Source: an uncultured Actinomycetes bacterium (GTDB lineage: Bacteria; Actinomycetota; Acidimicrobiia; IMCC26256; DASPTH01). Taken from it: DNA of 64,000 bases. The position numbers and the translations under genes are program-made. The notes beneath the pieces were generated by a model that saw only the letters and a list, made by a program, of their open reading frames with translations, searched no databases and had not been told where the DNA came from. Shown one piece after another: positions 18,065-27,801 of this stretch; position 1 is the stretch's first letter, and each line of letters begins with the position of its first letter. The DNA lies in contig CAVWPI010000010.1 in NCBI GenBank assembly GCA_963756895.1, positions 16,649 through 80,648 of the forward strand. The letters run 5' to 3'.

Positions 18065-18927
18065 TTGAGCTTGAGGACGCGCTCCGCGTTCTCCTTGAGG
18101 AACTTCGGCCACACGTGGTCGCGGAAGGGCACGTCGACCATGTCGCCCATGATGCGATCGAGGGTGAGCCCCATCGGGAAGTAACCCGCGTAGATGATCT
18201 TGTCGGCGCCGCGCGTGTTGGCGTAGTCGATGATCGCCTTGGGGTAGTGCTTCGGCGCGAACGCACTGGTGCAGTAGTGGAGCCCCGGCCACTTGAGCAT
18301 GAGCTTCACCGCGAGGTCCTCCCACGGTTCGCACCCGTGACGGGTGACGAACACGAGGTCGGGGAAGTCGTACATCACGTCGTCGATGTACTCCACCTTC
18401 TGCGGGTCCATCTTGAGACGCGGGCCGGGCACACCGGCGTTGACGAACACCGGGATCCCGAGCTCCACGCACTTGGCGTAGACCGGGTACATCTGCGGCG
18501 CGTTGATGCGGATCTGCGGGAAGAGGCCGCACGGGAAGATGTCGACGGCGCGGATGTCCCACTGCTCGTGGGCGGCGACGATGCGGCCGAGCGTGCCCAT
18601 GATGTCGTTGGGGTCGACGCTCAGCGCGGCGACGAAGCGGTCGGGGTGCTCCTTGAGCGCGCGCTCGGAATTGCCGCTCCCGATGCCGATGAGGCCCCGT
18701 TCGATGTTGTGCTTGTCCATCTCGCGCAGCGTGACCGCGACGGGATCCTCACCGGACTTGTTCTCGTCGGGGACGTCCTTGAACATGTACTCGACCGGGA
18801 ACTCGTACTCGTCCTTGGACTGCGAGTCCTTCGTCTGCTTGGTGATGAACTCGTACAGCTTCTTCTTGTCCTCGATCGGGAAGCTGATCATGCAGTCGAT
18901 GATCGGGACGTCGGTGGGCATCGCCAT
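18061..18927 (-). CDS. amidohydrolase-2 family protein
   Basis: 288 aa, intact. TIM-barrel amidohydrolase-like sequence (IIDCMISFP.., VFVNAGVPGP, VFVTRHGCEPW). Confidence 0.7.
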   Translation of the reverse strand: MAMPTDVPIIDCMISFPIEDKKKLYEFITKQTKDSQSKDEYEFPVEYMFKDVPDENKSGEDPVAVTLREMDKHNIERGLIGIGSGNSERALKEHPDRFVAALSVDPNDIMGTLGRIVAAHEQWDIRAVDIFPCGLFPQIRINAPQMYPVYAKCVELGIPVFVNAGVPGPRLKMDPQKVEYIDDVMYDFPDLVFVTRHGCEPWEDLAVKLMLKWPGLHYCTSAFAPKHYPKAIIDYANTRGADKIIYAGYFPMGLTLDRIMGDMVDVPFRDHVWPKFLKENAERVLKLK

Positions 18928-18954
18928 GGGTGGAGCCTCTCCCTGCTACGTCGC

Positions 18955-19878
18955 TCAGTTGGCTGGCCCGAAGACCATGCCGCGGTGGCGGGTCTGGAAC
19001 AACTCGGTGGCCATGGTCATCCCGAGCTTGTCGGCGTCCCACGGCTTTCCTTCGCAGCTGACGTCGGCCCGCTCGTACCAGCCCCCCATCCAGATCAACT
19101 TGTCGTGGATCACACGGATGACCTGGCCGGTCACGTAGTCGGACTCGTCGCTGGCCAGCCACGCCACCACCGGCGAGCTGTTCTTCGGGTCCATCGGGTT
19201 CCACTCGCCCTCGGGCACGTCGTTGGGCTCGAACGCGTCGCCGGACCCCGGCATCGTCGCGGTGATGCGGGTGAGCCCGGCGGGACCGATGCAGTTCACG
19301 GTGACGTTCGAGCGGTAGAGCTCCTGCGCCAGCGTGAGGGTGAGCCCGACGATGGCGGCCTTGGCGGTGGCGTACCCCGTCTGCCCGAAGTTGCCGCCGA
19401 GACCCGCGCCGGAGGTCGTGTTGATGATGCGCCCGTGCAGCGAGTCGTCGGTCTTGGCCCGATCGCGGAAGTACTTGGCCGCGAAGTGCGACGTCGACCA
19501 CGTGCCCCGTACGTGCACGCGCATCACGAGGTCCCAGTCGTCCACGGGCATGTTCCAGATCGCCGCGTCGCGCACGATGCCGGCGTTGTTCACCAGGATG
19601 TCGAGCTGGCCGAAGCTGTCGATCGCCTGCTGCACGAGCTCGCCGCACTGGTCGTGGTCGCTGACGTCGCCGTAGTTCGAGACCGCCTCGCCACCAGCGT
19701 CGACGATGAGTTGGACGGTGTCGTCGGCGGCCTTGCCGGCGCCCTCACCGCGCTCGCTGCCACCGAGGTCGTTGACCACGACCTTGGCGCCGAGCCGGGC
19801 CATCTCCATGGCGTGGCCGCGGCCGATGCCGTGGCCCGCGCCGGTGACGATCGCTACCTTGCCGTCGAGCAGCCCCAC
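18955..19878 (-). CDS. SDR-family oxidoreductase (extended C-terminus)
   Basis: GKVAIVTGAGHGIGRG, NNAG, YATAKAA. Confidence 0.85.
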   Translation of the reverse strand: MGLLDGKVAIVTGAGHGIGRGHAMEMARLGAKVVVNDLGGSERGEGAGKAADDTVQLIVDAGGEAVSNYGDVSDHDQCGELVQQAIDSFGQLDILVNNAGIVRDAAIWNMPVDDWDLVMRVHVRGTWSTSHFAAKYFRDRAKTDDSLHGRIINTTSGAGLGGNFGQTGYATAKAAIVGLTLTLAQELYRSNVTVNCIGPAGLTRITATMPGSGDAFEPNDVPEGEWNPMDPKNSSPVVAWLASDESDYVTGQVIRVIHDKLIWMGGWYERADVSCEGKPWDADKLGMTMATELFQTRHRGMVFGPAN

Positions 19879-19909
19879 GGCTCCCCCTGTGTCTCTCGAG
19901 TGCGTGTTT

Positions 19910-19944
19910 CTGACGAGTCGTCAGGCGGCGGATTGTATATTCCG
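19910..19944 (+). promoter_or_regulatory. divergent promoter region: perfect palindrome CTGACGA-G-TCGTCAG (19910..19924) plus conserved core GATTGTATATTCCG (19931..19944) holding a TATATT -10 box 7 nt before GTG 19949
   Basis: Read directly from the sequence. The same 14-mer recurs at 29075..29088 (minus), 10 nt before GTG 29067. Confidence 0.45.
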
Positions 19945-19948
19945 CCTC

Positions 19949-21568
19949 GTGAGCACCCACATCCACCGCTCCCTCGAAGGGCTCCCCGAGACGGTCCCGG
20001 GCGTCGTGCACCGCGCCGCCGGCCTCTGGCCCGACGACGAAGCGGTCGTCGACCGCGACACCAGGCTCAGTTTCGCCGGGCTCGACGCCGCCGTGCGCGC
20101 CGCGGCCAAGGCGTTCGTCGCCACCGGCCTGCAGCTGGGCGACCGTGCGTCCGTCTGGGCCCCGAACATGCACCAGTGGATCGTCGCCGCACTCGGTCTG
20201 TACTCGGCGGGCGGCGTGCTCGTGCCGCTCAACACCCGGTTCAAGGGCACGGAGGCCGCCCACGTGTTGCGCACGTCCGGCGCGCGCTTCCTCTTCACCG
20301 TCACCGACTTCCTCGACACGAACTACGTCGAGCTGCTCGACGACGCCGGCGCGCGTGACCTGGTCGAGGAGATCGTGATCCTCGAGGGCTCGGTGCCCGA
20401 GGGCACGCTGAGCTGGGACGGCTTCCTGGCCCGCGGTGCGACCGTCGACGACGGCCCCTCCCTGGACGAGCAGGTCGAGCAGCGCGAAGCGTCGCTCACG
20501 GGCGACACGATGTGCGACATCATCTTCACGTCGGGCACCACCGGCGCACCCAAGGGGGCAATGCTGCGCCACGGCGCCAGCGTGCGCCTGTACGACTCGT
20601 GGGCCGAGGTCGTAGGGCTGCGTCACGGCGACCGCTACCTCCTCATCTACCCCTTGTTCCACACCGCGGGCCTGAAGTCAGGCCTGCTGGCGTCGCTCCT
20701 CAACGGCGTCACGCTGCTCCCCCACCTCGTGTTCGATCCGCAGACGGTCATGGAGACGGTGCGGTCCGAACGCGTCACCATGCTCCCCGGGCCACCGGCG
20801 ATCTACCAGACGATCCTCAACACCGACGTCAGCGAGTACGACCTGTCGTCACTGCGCCTCGCGGTGACCGGCGCCGCCGTCGTCCCGGTCGAGCTCGTGG
20901 TCAAGCTCCGCCAAGACCTCGGGTTCGACTCGGTCGTGACCGGCTACGGCCTCACCGAGACGACCGGCACCGTCGCCATGTGCCGACATGACGACGACCC
21001 CGAGATCATCGCCCACACCTCTGGGCGGCCGCTCCCCGGGATCGAGATGAAGATCGTCGATGTCGACGGCAACGAGGTGCCTACGGGCGAGCAGGGTGAG
21101 ATCGTGACGCGCGGCTACCACGTGATGATCGGCTACTTCGAGAACCCGCAGGCCACCGCCGAGACCATCGACGTCGACGGTTGGCTGCACACCGGTGACG
21201 TCGGGTACGTCGACGCGCAGAGCAACGTGACCATCACCGACCGCATCAAGGACATGTTCATCGTCGGTGGGTTCAACGCCTACCCCGCCGAGATCGAAGG
21301 GCTGATGCTCGAGCACCCGGATCTCGCGCAGGTCGCGATCGTGGGCGTGCCCGACGAGCGGATGGGCGAGGTGGGCATGGCGTTCGTCGTGCCGACGATG
21401 GGCCACGTGGTCGACCGCGACGAGGTGCTCGCGTGGGCGCGCGAGCACATGGCCAACTTCAAGGCGCCGCGCTACCTCGAGGTGGTCGACGCGCTCCCGC
21501 TCAACGCCAGCGGCAAGGTGCTCAAGTTCGAACTGCGCGCCCGCGGCCGCGAGCTCACCTCGTCCTGA
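19949..21568 (+). CDS. acyl-CoA synthetase (AMP-forming)
   Basis: IIFTSGTTGAPKGA, GYGLTET, WLHTGDVG, NASGKVLK. GTG 19949 gives a probably leaderless transcript. Confidence 0.85.
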   Translation: MSTHIHRSLEGLPETVPGVVHRAAGLWPDDEAVVDRDTRLSFAGLDAAVRAAAKAFVATGLQLGDRASVWAPNMHQWIVAALGLYSAGGVLVPLNTRFKGTEAAHVLRTSGARFLFTVTDFLDTNYVELLDDAGARDLVEEIVILEGSVPEGTLSWDGFLARGATVDDGPSLDEQVEQREASLTGDTMCDIIFTSGTTGAPKGAMLRHGASVRLYDSWAEVVGLRHGDRYLLIYPLFHTAGLKSGLLASLLNGVTLLPHLVFDPQTVMETVRSERVTMLPGPPAIYQTILNTDVSEYDLSSLRLAVTGAAVVPVELVVKLRQDLGFDSVVTGYGLTETTGTVAMCRHDDDPEIIAHTSGRPLPGIEMKIVDVDGNEVPTGEQGEIVTRGYHVMIGYFENPQATAETIDVDGWLHTGDVGYVDAQSNVTITDRIKDMFIVGGFNAYPAEIEGLMLEHPDLAQVAIVGVPDERMGEVGMAFVVPTMGHVVDRDEVLAWAREHMANFKAPRYLEVVDALPLNASGKVLKFELRARGRELTSS

Positions 21569-22479
21569 GGTTCCGCTCGAGGGTGGCCTTGCCGTCCGTC
21601 GCGGTGACGGCGCCGACGATCTCGGCGGCCGCGGCGGTGTCGTCGCGCAGGTAGCGGTTCCAGAACGACGTCGTGGTGGCGTCGACGACGGTCGAGATCG
21701 AACTGCGCGGCACCTCGAACGGTGGTGCGTGCCGTTCACCGTGCAGCGTGACGAACCACTTCGGCGGCGCGAGCTGCGCGTACGCGGCGCGGCTGTGGCG
21801 GTAGCCGGTGTCGGCATCACCGTGGAGCAGCAGCACCGGCACGTCCTGGTGCTCGTACCGTCCCGACGGGAGCGGATCGTGCACCCCCGACATCACCACC
21901 GCCGCCCGGATGCGCCCGTCTTCGCAACAGGTGTGCGAGATCAACGCGTAGACGGTGAGGCCGCCGAGCGACATGCCCGCAGCACCAACGGCGTCGGGAT
22001 CGATGTCGAAGTCGGCGGCTCGGTCGAGCACGTGGTCGAGCACGTAGCGCGCGTCGGCTGCTTGCAGCAGCACCTCCGAGCGCAGCGCCTTGCCCTGCTC
22101 GTCCTTCTTCGTCTCGGGGAGCTTCGGCGCCGCCACCACGTACCCGGCCGCGACCCACGCGTCGAGCAGCGGCGCGAGCGAGTCGGGGGATCCGTCGCGC
22201 CCGTGCAGGGCGAGGATGACCGGACAGCGGTGCGGTGGCGACCGCGGAGGGGGTCCGCACCTGGGTGACGAGGGTCCGGCAGCGCCCCTCGACGCGGTGC
22301 GCGAACGTGAAGTCGGTGCGCGTGCTGCCCTCGCTCGCCGCGACCGGAACTCCCGCGGCGGGTCCGTCGGTGCACGAGGTGGCGGCGAGACTGTGCGTGA
22401 CCGGCAGCAACGCGCAGCACATCCCGACGGCGAGCGCGAGCAGGACGGCAGCCACCACCACTCTGGAACGGGCACGCAC
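21555..22479 (-). pseudogene. secreted alpha/beta hydrolase (dienelactone-hydrolase/PAF-acetylhydrolase-like) with a frame break in a 5-base G run (22249..22253)
   Basis: The signal-peptide-like N-terminus MRARSRVVVAAVLLALAVGMCCAL is in one frame. The catalytic part PVILALHGRDGS...GAAGMSLGG (nucleophile elbow GxSxG)...LLLHGDADTG is in the next frame. Confidence 0.65.
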
Positions 22480-22534
22480 GGGGTCGAACGTAGCGACGCC
22501 GCCTGAGAACCAGCCGAGATCAGGGCCTGCTCGA

Positions 22535-23446
22535 TCAGGGAGCCGACAGCAGTGCCTTCGGGACCAGCGTGTCGAGCTCGGCCAGGCTCCACGGCGGGTT
22601 CACCCGGTGGTCGCCCCGGTAGATCGTGCGCTCCACCTCGTAGCGGTTCCAGACGCCCACCGCACCACCTGATGCGTGGAACACCTCGCCGGTGACGCCG
22701 CTCGCCTCGTCGGTGCACAGCCACGCGACGATCGGCGCCACGTACTCGGGCGGCGGGGTGTTGACGTACGACTCCCAGTCGGCATCGGAGATCAGCTCGT
22801 CGGCCCGCAGCTGCTCGAACATCGGCCGCGTCACCGCGTGGAGCCGGGTGGCGCCGCCGGGCGCCAGGCAGTTGGCGGTCACCCCGGTGCTCTCGTGTTC
22901 GAACGCAATCGCGCGCGTCATGGAGATCACCCCGCCCATCGCGGCGGCGAAGATCGGCTGCCCGAGCAGTCCGGTCGCGCCGTGCGACGTCGTGGTGACG
23001 AGCCGGCCCCAGCCGCGTTCGATCATCCCCGGGAGCGCCGCACGTGCCAACCAGAACTTCTGGTGCAGGAACAACGACATGAACCGCTGGTATGTGTCGT
23101 CGTCGGCTGCGAGGGTGCCGTCGATGATCGCGCCGGCGCACCCCACGACGATGTCGAGCTGGCCGAACTCGTCGACCGCGGTCTGCACTGCGGCCGCGCA
23201 CCCGCCGGGGTCGGCGACCGAGTCGTAGTTGGCGGTGGCGCGGCCACCCGCGTCACGAATGGCCGCGACCGTCGAGTCGGCGGCGGCCGAGCTGCGCCCC
23301 TGCGCGTACTCGTCGGTCCCGAGGTCGTTGACCACCACGGTGGCGCCGTGACGTCCGAGTGCCTGCGCGCACGCCTGCCCGATGCCGTTCCCGGCCCCGG
23401 TGACGAGCGCGACCTTCCCCTGCAGTCGATCCGAGCTGGCGGTCAT
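22535..23446 (-). CDS. SDR-family oxidoreductase
   Basis: GKVALVTGAGNGIGQA with an extended C-terminal domain, similar in layout to 18955..19878. Confidence 0.85.
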   Translation of the reverse strand: MTASSDRLQGKVALVTGAGNGIGQACAQALGRHGATVVVNDLGTDEYAQGRSSAAADSTVAAIRDAGGRATANYDSVADPGGCAAAVQTAVDEFGQLDIVVGCAGAIIDGTLAADDDTYQRFMSLFLHQKFWLARAALPGMIERGWGRLVTTTSHGATGLLGQPIFAAAMGGVISMTRAIAFEHESTGVTANCLAPGGATRLHAVTRPMFEQLRADELISDADWESYVNTPPPEYVAPIVAWLCTDEASGVTGEVFHASGGAVGVWNRYEVERTIYRGDHRVNPPWSLAELDTLVPKALLSAP

Positions 23447-23569
23447 GGCGCGGAGCGTACGACCTACGCTCCGCCGGTGCCGCCCCTGCTGTTCGTCCTC
23501 ATCTCACCTGGGGCTTCGGCGGCGCGTGGCACTGGCTGCGCGTGAAGCCGCGACTGCGCTGACGCCGCG

Positions 23570-23860
23570 TCAGCCCTGGACGATCTCGCTGGTCTGCATC
23601 ACCGGCTGGATGTCGGTGTAGTTGGCGACGTCGGCCATGATCGCTCCGGTGCCCTCGGCACCCATGGCCTCGCCGATGGCGTCGGTCGACGGGAAGAAGA
23701 AGTGCACCGCGGCCTCGTACGGGCCGTTGACGCCCTTGTCGATCTCGACGCGCTCGACGCCCCAGGTCGACACCGCGAGCGGGACGTGCTTGTCGCGGTA
23801 GTAGTCGTGGTCGAACTTCGCACCTTCGGTCTTCGGGTACAGCACGCTGAGTCGGATCAT
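23570..23860 (-). CDS. EthD-family protein
   Basis: 96 aa from ATG 23860: MIRLSVLYPKTEGAKFDHDYYRDKHVPL is the typical EthD N-terminus. Confidence 0.7.
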   Translation of the reverse strand: MIRLSVLYPKTEGAKFDHDYYRDKHVPLAVSTWGVERVEIDKGVNGPYEAAVHFFFPSTDAIGEAMGAEGTGAIMADVANYTDIQPVMQTSEIVQG

Positions 23861-23880
23861 GGCGGGGAGTCTCGCGGCGG

Positions 23881-25383
23881 TCAGGTTGCCCGCGCGCCCA
23901 TGGCGACGAGCTCGCGCAGGAGCACCTTGCCCACCTCGCTGCGGGGCAGGGCGGCGAGCGCCTCGAAGCGTGCGGGGACCTTGTACGGCGCGAGATGCTC
24001 TCGGCACAGCGCCTCGAGCGCAGCGGTGTCGACCGATGCGCCCGCACGCGGCACCACGAACGCCCACGGCACCTCGCCCAGACGGTCGTCGGGGATGCCG
24101 GCCACCGCACACTCGGCCACGTCGGGCGAGAGGCGGATCACCTCGGCGACCTCCTCGGGGAAGACCTTGAGGCCACCGCGATTGATCATGTCGGAGACGC
24201 GACCCTCGATCCAGAGGAACCCCTCGTCGTCGACGCGGCCGAGATCGCCGGTGTGGAACCAGCCGTCGACGAGCCGGCCGTCCATGTCGTCACCCGCCGC
24301 GCTGCGCTCCTCGATCATCGGCGTGCGCACGAGGATCTCGCCACCGACTCCATCACCGTCGGCCTCGCTGATGCGCAGCTGCACGTTCTCGTGGGCGCGG
24401 CCCACCGCACCGAGGTGGGTATCACCGAACTCCTTGGCGTCCTGCGCGCTCCAGCCGACGATCTCGCCCCCGATCTCGGTCTGCCCCCATCCGTTGAGCA
24501 CGAACACACCGAACCGATCACGGAAGCGGCGGGCCTGCAACGGCGACAGGGGTGCCGTGATGCTGCGCACGTACTTGAGCGGCGCCAGCGAGGTGATCGA
24601 CTCGTCGTCGGCGAGCATCGTCATCGCCGCCGGGGGCAGCACCGTGGAACGCAGCTGGAACCGCTCGACCAATCCGGCGAACGCGGCGGCGTCGAAGCGG
24701 TCCATGATGATCACGGCCGCGCCGGCGCGGAAGGCGAAGACCACGTTGTAGATGCCGGCCCACAGCGACAGCGACGTCGGAATCAGGTTGGGCATCGGCA
24801 TGCGTTTCGGTGTGTCGGTCTTGGGCGCGTCCGAGCTGCTCGTGGCGCCACCGCGCAGCGTGCCGAGCACGCCGTCGATGAGACCGAGCACGTTGTCGTG
24901 CACCAGCGGCACCGGCTTGGGCCGTCCAGTCGTGCCGGAGGTGAACGAGATGGCGGCGACGCCTGCCGGCGACGGCGGCGCATCGACGTCGAGGGGACCC
25001 GGCGCATCCCACGTGCCGTCACCCGTCGCGAGCACGACCGGCACGTCAACGATCCTCGCCGCGTCAACGGGGAGCGTGAGGATCGCCGCAGGGCGGTCCT
25101 CGTCGATCACGTGCGCGAGCTCGTCGGCCGAGAGGCGCGGGTTGAGCGGCACGTACACACCACCGGCGAACCAGATGCCGAACAGCGCAGCCACGATGTC
25201 GGGCCCGTTGGGCAGCATCACCCCCACCGCCTGACCCGACTGCAACCCACCCGTGCGCAGCAGCGCGGCCAACGCCTCGGCACGGGCGCGCAGCTCGGCG
25301 CGAGTGATCTCCTCGGTGGTCGTGTAGACCGCGACCGTCGTGGCGTCGTCGTCCCGTGGGTCGAGGACGTCAGCGAGGTTCAC
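23881..25383 (-). CDS. acyl-CoA synthetase (AMP-forming)
   Basis: GTG 25383 overlaps the upstream stop (GTGA). ISFTSGTTGRPKPV, GWGQTE, WFHTGDLG, SEVGKVLL. Confidence 0.85.
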   Translation of the reverse strand: MNLADVLDPRDDDATTVAVYTTTEEITRAELRARAEALAALLRTGGLQSGQAVGVMLPNGPDIVAALFGIWFAGGVYVPLNPRLSADELAHVIDEDRPAAILTLPVDAARIVDVPVVLATGDGTWDAPGPLDVDAPPSPAGVAAISFTSGTTGRPKPVPLVHDNVLGLIDGVLGTLRGGATSSSDAPKTDTPKRMPMPNLIPTSLSLWAGIYNVVFAFRAGAAVIIMDRFDAAAFAGLVERFQLRSTVLPPAAMTMLADDESITSLAPLKYVRSITAPLSPLQARRFRDRFGVFVLNGWGQTEIGGEIVGWSAQDAKEFGDTHLGAVGRAHENVQLRISEADGDGVGGEILVRTPMIEERSAAGDDMDGRLVDGWFHTGDLGRVDDEGFLWIEGRVSDMINRGGLKVFPEEVAEVIRLSPDVAECAVAGIPDDRLGEVPWAFVVPRAGASVDTAALEALCREHLAPYKVPARFEALAALPRSEVGKVLLRELVAMGARAT

Positions 25384-26180
25384 GGGGCCCAGCGGGGTTC
25401 GCGCTTCTCCGCGAACGCGAGGGGGCCCTCGGTCTGGTCCGGATGACCCCACATCGAGACCAGCTGCTGGGCGCCGGCGCGACATCCGTCGGTGAGCCCG
25501 TGCTCCAGCGCACCCCACAACGCCTTCTTGGTCGCGCGCATCGCAGCCGGCGAGTTCTTGGCGATGGTCTCCCCCAGCTGCTGCGCCACCTCGCGGAGCT
25601 GGTCGGGCGGGTCGACGATCTGCGAGATCATCCCGAGCTCGTAGGCACGCTCGGCGTTCATGCGCTCGTAGCGCCCGACGAGGGCCATGCGCATGACCGC
25701 CTCGAACGGCATCTTGCGCAGCAGTGCGATCGCCTCGATCGCGACCACCTGCCCGACGGACACGTGGGGATCGAAGAACTCCGCGTCGCTCGCCGCGATC
25801 ACGATGTCGGCCTCGGCCACCCAGTGGAACGCGCCGCCCGCGCAGATGCCGTTGACCGCGGTGATCACCGGCTTCTGCACGCCCTGCTGCCAGGCGGTGA
25901 AGTGGAGGTCCCAGTTCTCGACCGACTCGCGGTAGCGCTCCATGCCCATGCCGTCGGTGGCGAGCTCCTGGACGTCGACCCCGGTCTGGAACGCGCGGCC
26001 CTCGCCGGTGTGCACGATCACCCGCACCTCGGGATCGGCATCGAGCTCGAGCCACGCGTCGGCGAACTCATCGCGCATGTGGCTGCTCATCGCGTTGAGC
26101 TGCTCGGGCCGGTTGTTGATGAGCCAGCCCACCGGTCCGTGGCGCTCCACGAGCAGGGTGTCGAATTTCGAGAAGGTCAC
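25380..26180 (-). CDS. enoyl-CoA hydratase family (paralog A)
   Basis: GTG 26180 overlaps the upstream stop (GTGA). PVGWLINNRPEQLNAM, VIVHTGEGRAFQTG, PVITAVNGICAGGAFH. Confidence 0.85.
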   Translation of the reverse strand: MTFSKFDTLLVERHGPVGWLINNRPEQLNAMSSHMRDEFADAWLELDADPEVRVIVHTGEGRAFQTGVDVQELATDGMGMERYRESVENWDLHFTAWQQGVQKPVITAVNGICAGGAFHWVAEADIVIAASDAEFFDPHVSVGQVVAIEAIALLRKMPFEAVMRMALVGRYERMNAERAYELGMISQIVDPPDQLREVAQQLGETIAKNSPAAMRATKKALWGALEHGLTDGCRAGAQQLVSMWGHPDQTEGPLAFAEKREPRWAP

Positions 26181-27007
26181 GTGCTCGTCTCCCACTCGGG
26201 CGCTCGCTTCTCCGCGAACGCGAGCGGACCTTCGGTCTGGTCGGGGTGGCCCCACATGTCGACGAGCTCCTGCGCACCGGCACGGCACGCGTCGGTGAGG
26301 CCGTGCTCCAGCGCGCCCCAGAGCGCCTTCTTGGTCGCGCGCATCGCGGCCGGCGAATTCTTCGCGATCTTCTCGGCCAGCTCCTGCGCCGCGTCGCGCA
26401 GACCGTCCGGCGGGTCGACCACCTGCGAGATCATCCCGAGCTGGCGGGCCCGCGTCGCGGGCATGCGTTCGGACCGACCGACCAGCGCCATGCGCATGAT
26501 CGGTTCGAACGCCATCTTGTGCGACAGCCCGACACCCTCGTAGGACATCGCCTGCCCGAGTGACACGTGCGTGTCGAAGAACGTCGCGTCGCCCGCCGCG
26601 ATCACCACGTCGGCGTCGGCGACGAAGTGGAGTCCCCCGCCGGCGCAGCTGCCGTTCACCGCCGCGATCACGGGGGTCCACACCTGGTTGTGCCACGCCG
26701 TGAACCGGAGCTCGGCGTCACGGGTTCGGCGCGACTGCTCCGTCATCGCCTCCTTGTCGCGACTCAGTGCGGCGACGTCGAGGCCGGTCTGGAAGTTGCG
26801 ACCGTTGCCGGTGTTCACGATGACGCGCACGTCGGGGTCGTCGTCGAGCTCGCGCCACGCTTCCTCGAGCTCGGTCATCATCCGCGCGTCCATGGCGTTG
26901 CCGACGTCGGGCCGGTCGAAGATCAACCAGCCGACCGGGCCGAGCCGTTCGACTTCGAGCCGCTCGTACACGTCAGCGGCCGCCGAACTCGGGAGATCGC
27001 TTCTCAC
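26177..27007 (-). CDS. enoyl-CoA hydratase family (paralog B)
   Basis: PVGWLIFDRPDVGNAM, VIVNTGNGRNFQTG, PVIAAVNGSCAGGGLH. The alternative start GTG 26971 would remove the 35-nt overlap with the upstream gene. Confidence 0.8.
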   Translation of the reverse strand: MRSDLPSSAAADVYERLEVERLGPVGWLIFDRPDVGNAMDARMMTELEEAWRELDDDPDVRVIVNTGNGRNFQTGLDVAALSRDKEAMTEQSRRTRDAELRFTAWHNQVWTPVIAAVNGSCAGGGLHFVADADVVIAAGDATFFDTHVSLGQAMSYEGVGLSHKMAFEPIMRMALVGRSERMPATRARQLGMISQVVDPPDGLRDAAQELAEKIAKNSPAAMRATKKALWGALEHGLTDACRAGAQELVDMWGHPDQTEGPLAFAEKRAPEWETST

Positions 27008-27791
27008 CGAACGCCCGCAGACCTTCGCGGAAGTCGTCGCTGCGGGACGAGAGCTCCATCGCGAACGCCTCGTTGCGGAGGTGCTCGTCGATCGGGGTCG
27101 TCGCGCCGACGTGCAGGAGCCACTTCGCGAGCCCGAGACCCACGGTGGCGCTCTGTGCCAGCGTGGCGACCAGCTCGGCCGCGGCGGCGTCGAGCTCGGC
27201 GACGGGCACGGCGCGATGGATCATCTGCCACTCGGCCGCTTCGGCACCGTCGACGACGCGACCGAGGTGGATCATCTCGCGGGCGCGCACGTCGCCGATC
27301 CGACGGGGCAGCAACCACGTGGCGCCGCTGTCGGGCGTGAACCCGCGGTCGACGAAGGGGGCCCAGAAGCGGGCGTCGGTGGCGGCGACGGTGAAGTCGG
27401 CGGCGAGCGCCAGGTTGAGGCCGATGCCCGCAGCCCATCCCCGTACCGCGCACACCACCGGGACCTGCACCGAGCACAGCAGCGGGATCAGGCGGTGCGC
27501 CTGCGACGGCAGGCGACGCTGGATGCTGCCGGCACGCGGCTTGCTCCCCGATTCCTTCGCCTCCTGGTTGCGGGCCACCCAGTCGAAGCCGGAGCAGAAG
27601 TGCTCACCCGCGCTGGTGATGAAGATCGCCCGCACCGCTTCGTCGCGACCCGCGAGGTCGACGGCGTCGATCGCCGCATACACCATCGTGTCGTTGAGCG
27701 CGTTGCGCTTGTCCGGCCGCGCCAGTCGCAGCGTGAGGACGCCCTCGGCCAGCTCGACGTCGAGACCCTCGACGGACTCGTAGGGGCTCAT
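26973..27791 (-). CDS. enoyl-CoA hydratase family (third, divergent copy)
   Basis: ATG 27791 is preceded by GAAGGA. VLTLRLARPDKRNAL, IFITSAGEHFCSGFD, VPVVCAVRGWAAGIGLN. Confidence 0.8.
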   Translation of the reverse strand: MSPYESVEGLDVELAEGVLTLRLARPDKRNALNDTMVYAAIDAVDLAGRDEAVRAIFITSAGEHFCSGFDWVARNQEAKESGSKPRAGSIQRRLPSQAHRLIPLLCSVQVPVVCAVRGWAAGIGLNLALAADFTVAATDARFWAPFVDRGFTPDSGATWLLPRRIGDVRAREMIHLGRVVDGAEAAEWQMIHRAVPVAELDAAAAELVATLAQSATVGLGLAKWLLHVGATTPIDEHLRNEAFAMELSSRSDDFREGLRAFGEKRSPEFGGR

Positions 27792-27801
27792 CCGCCGTCC
27801 T

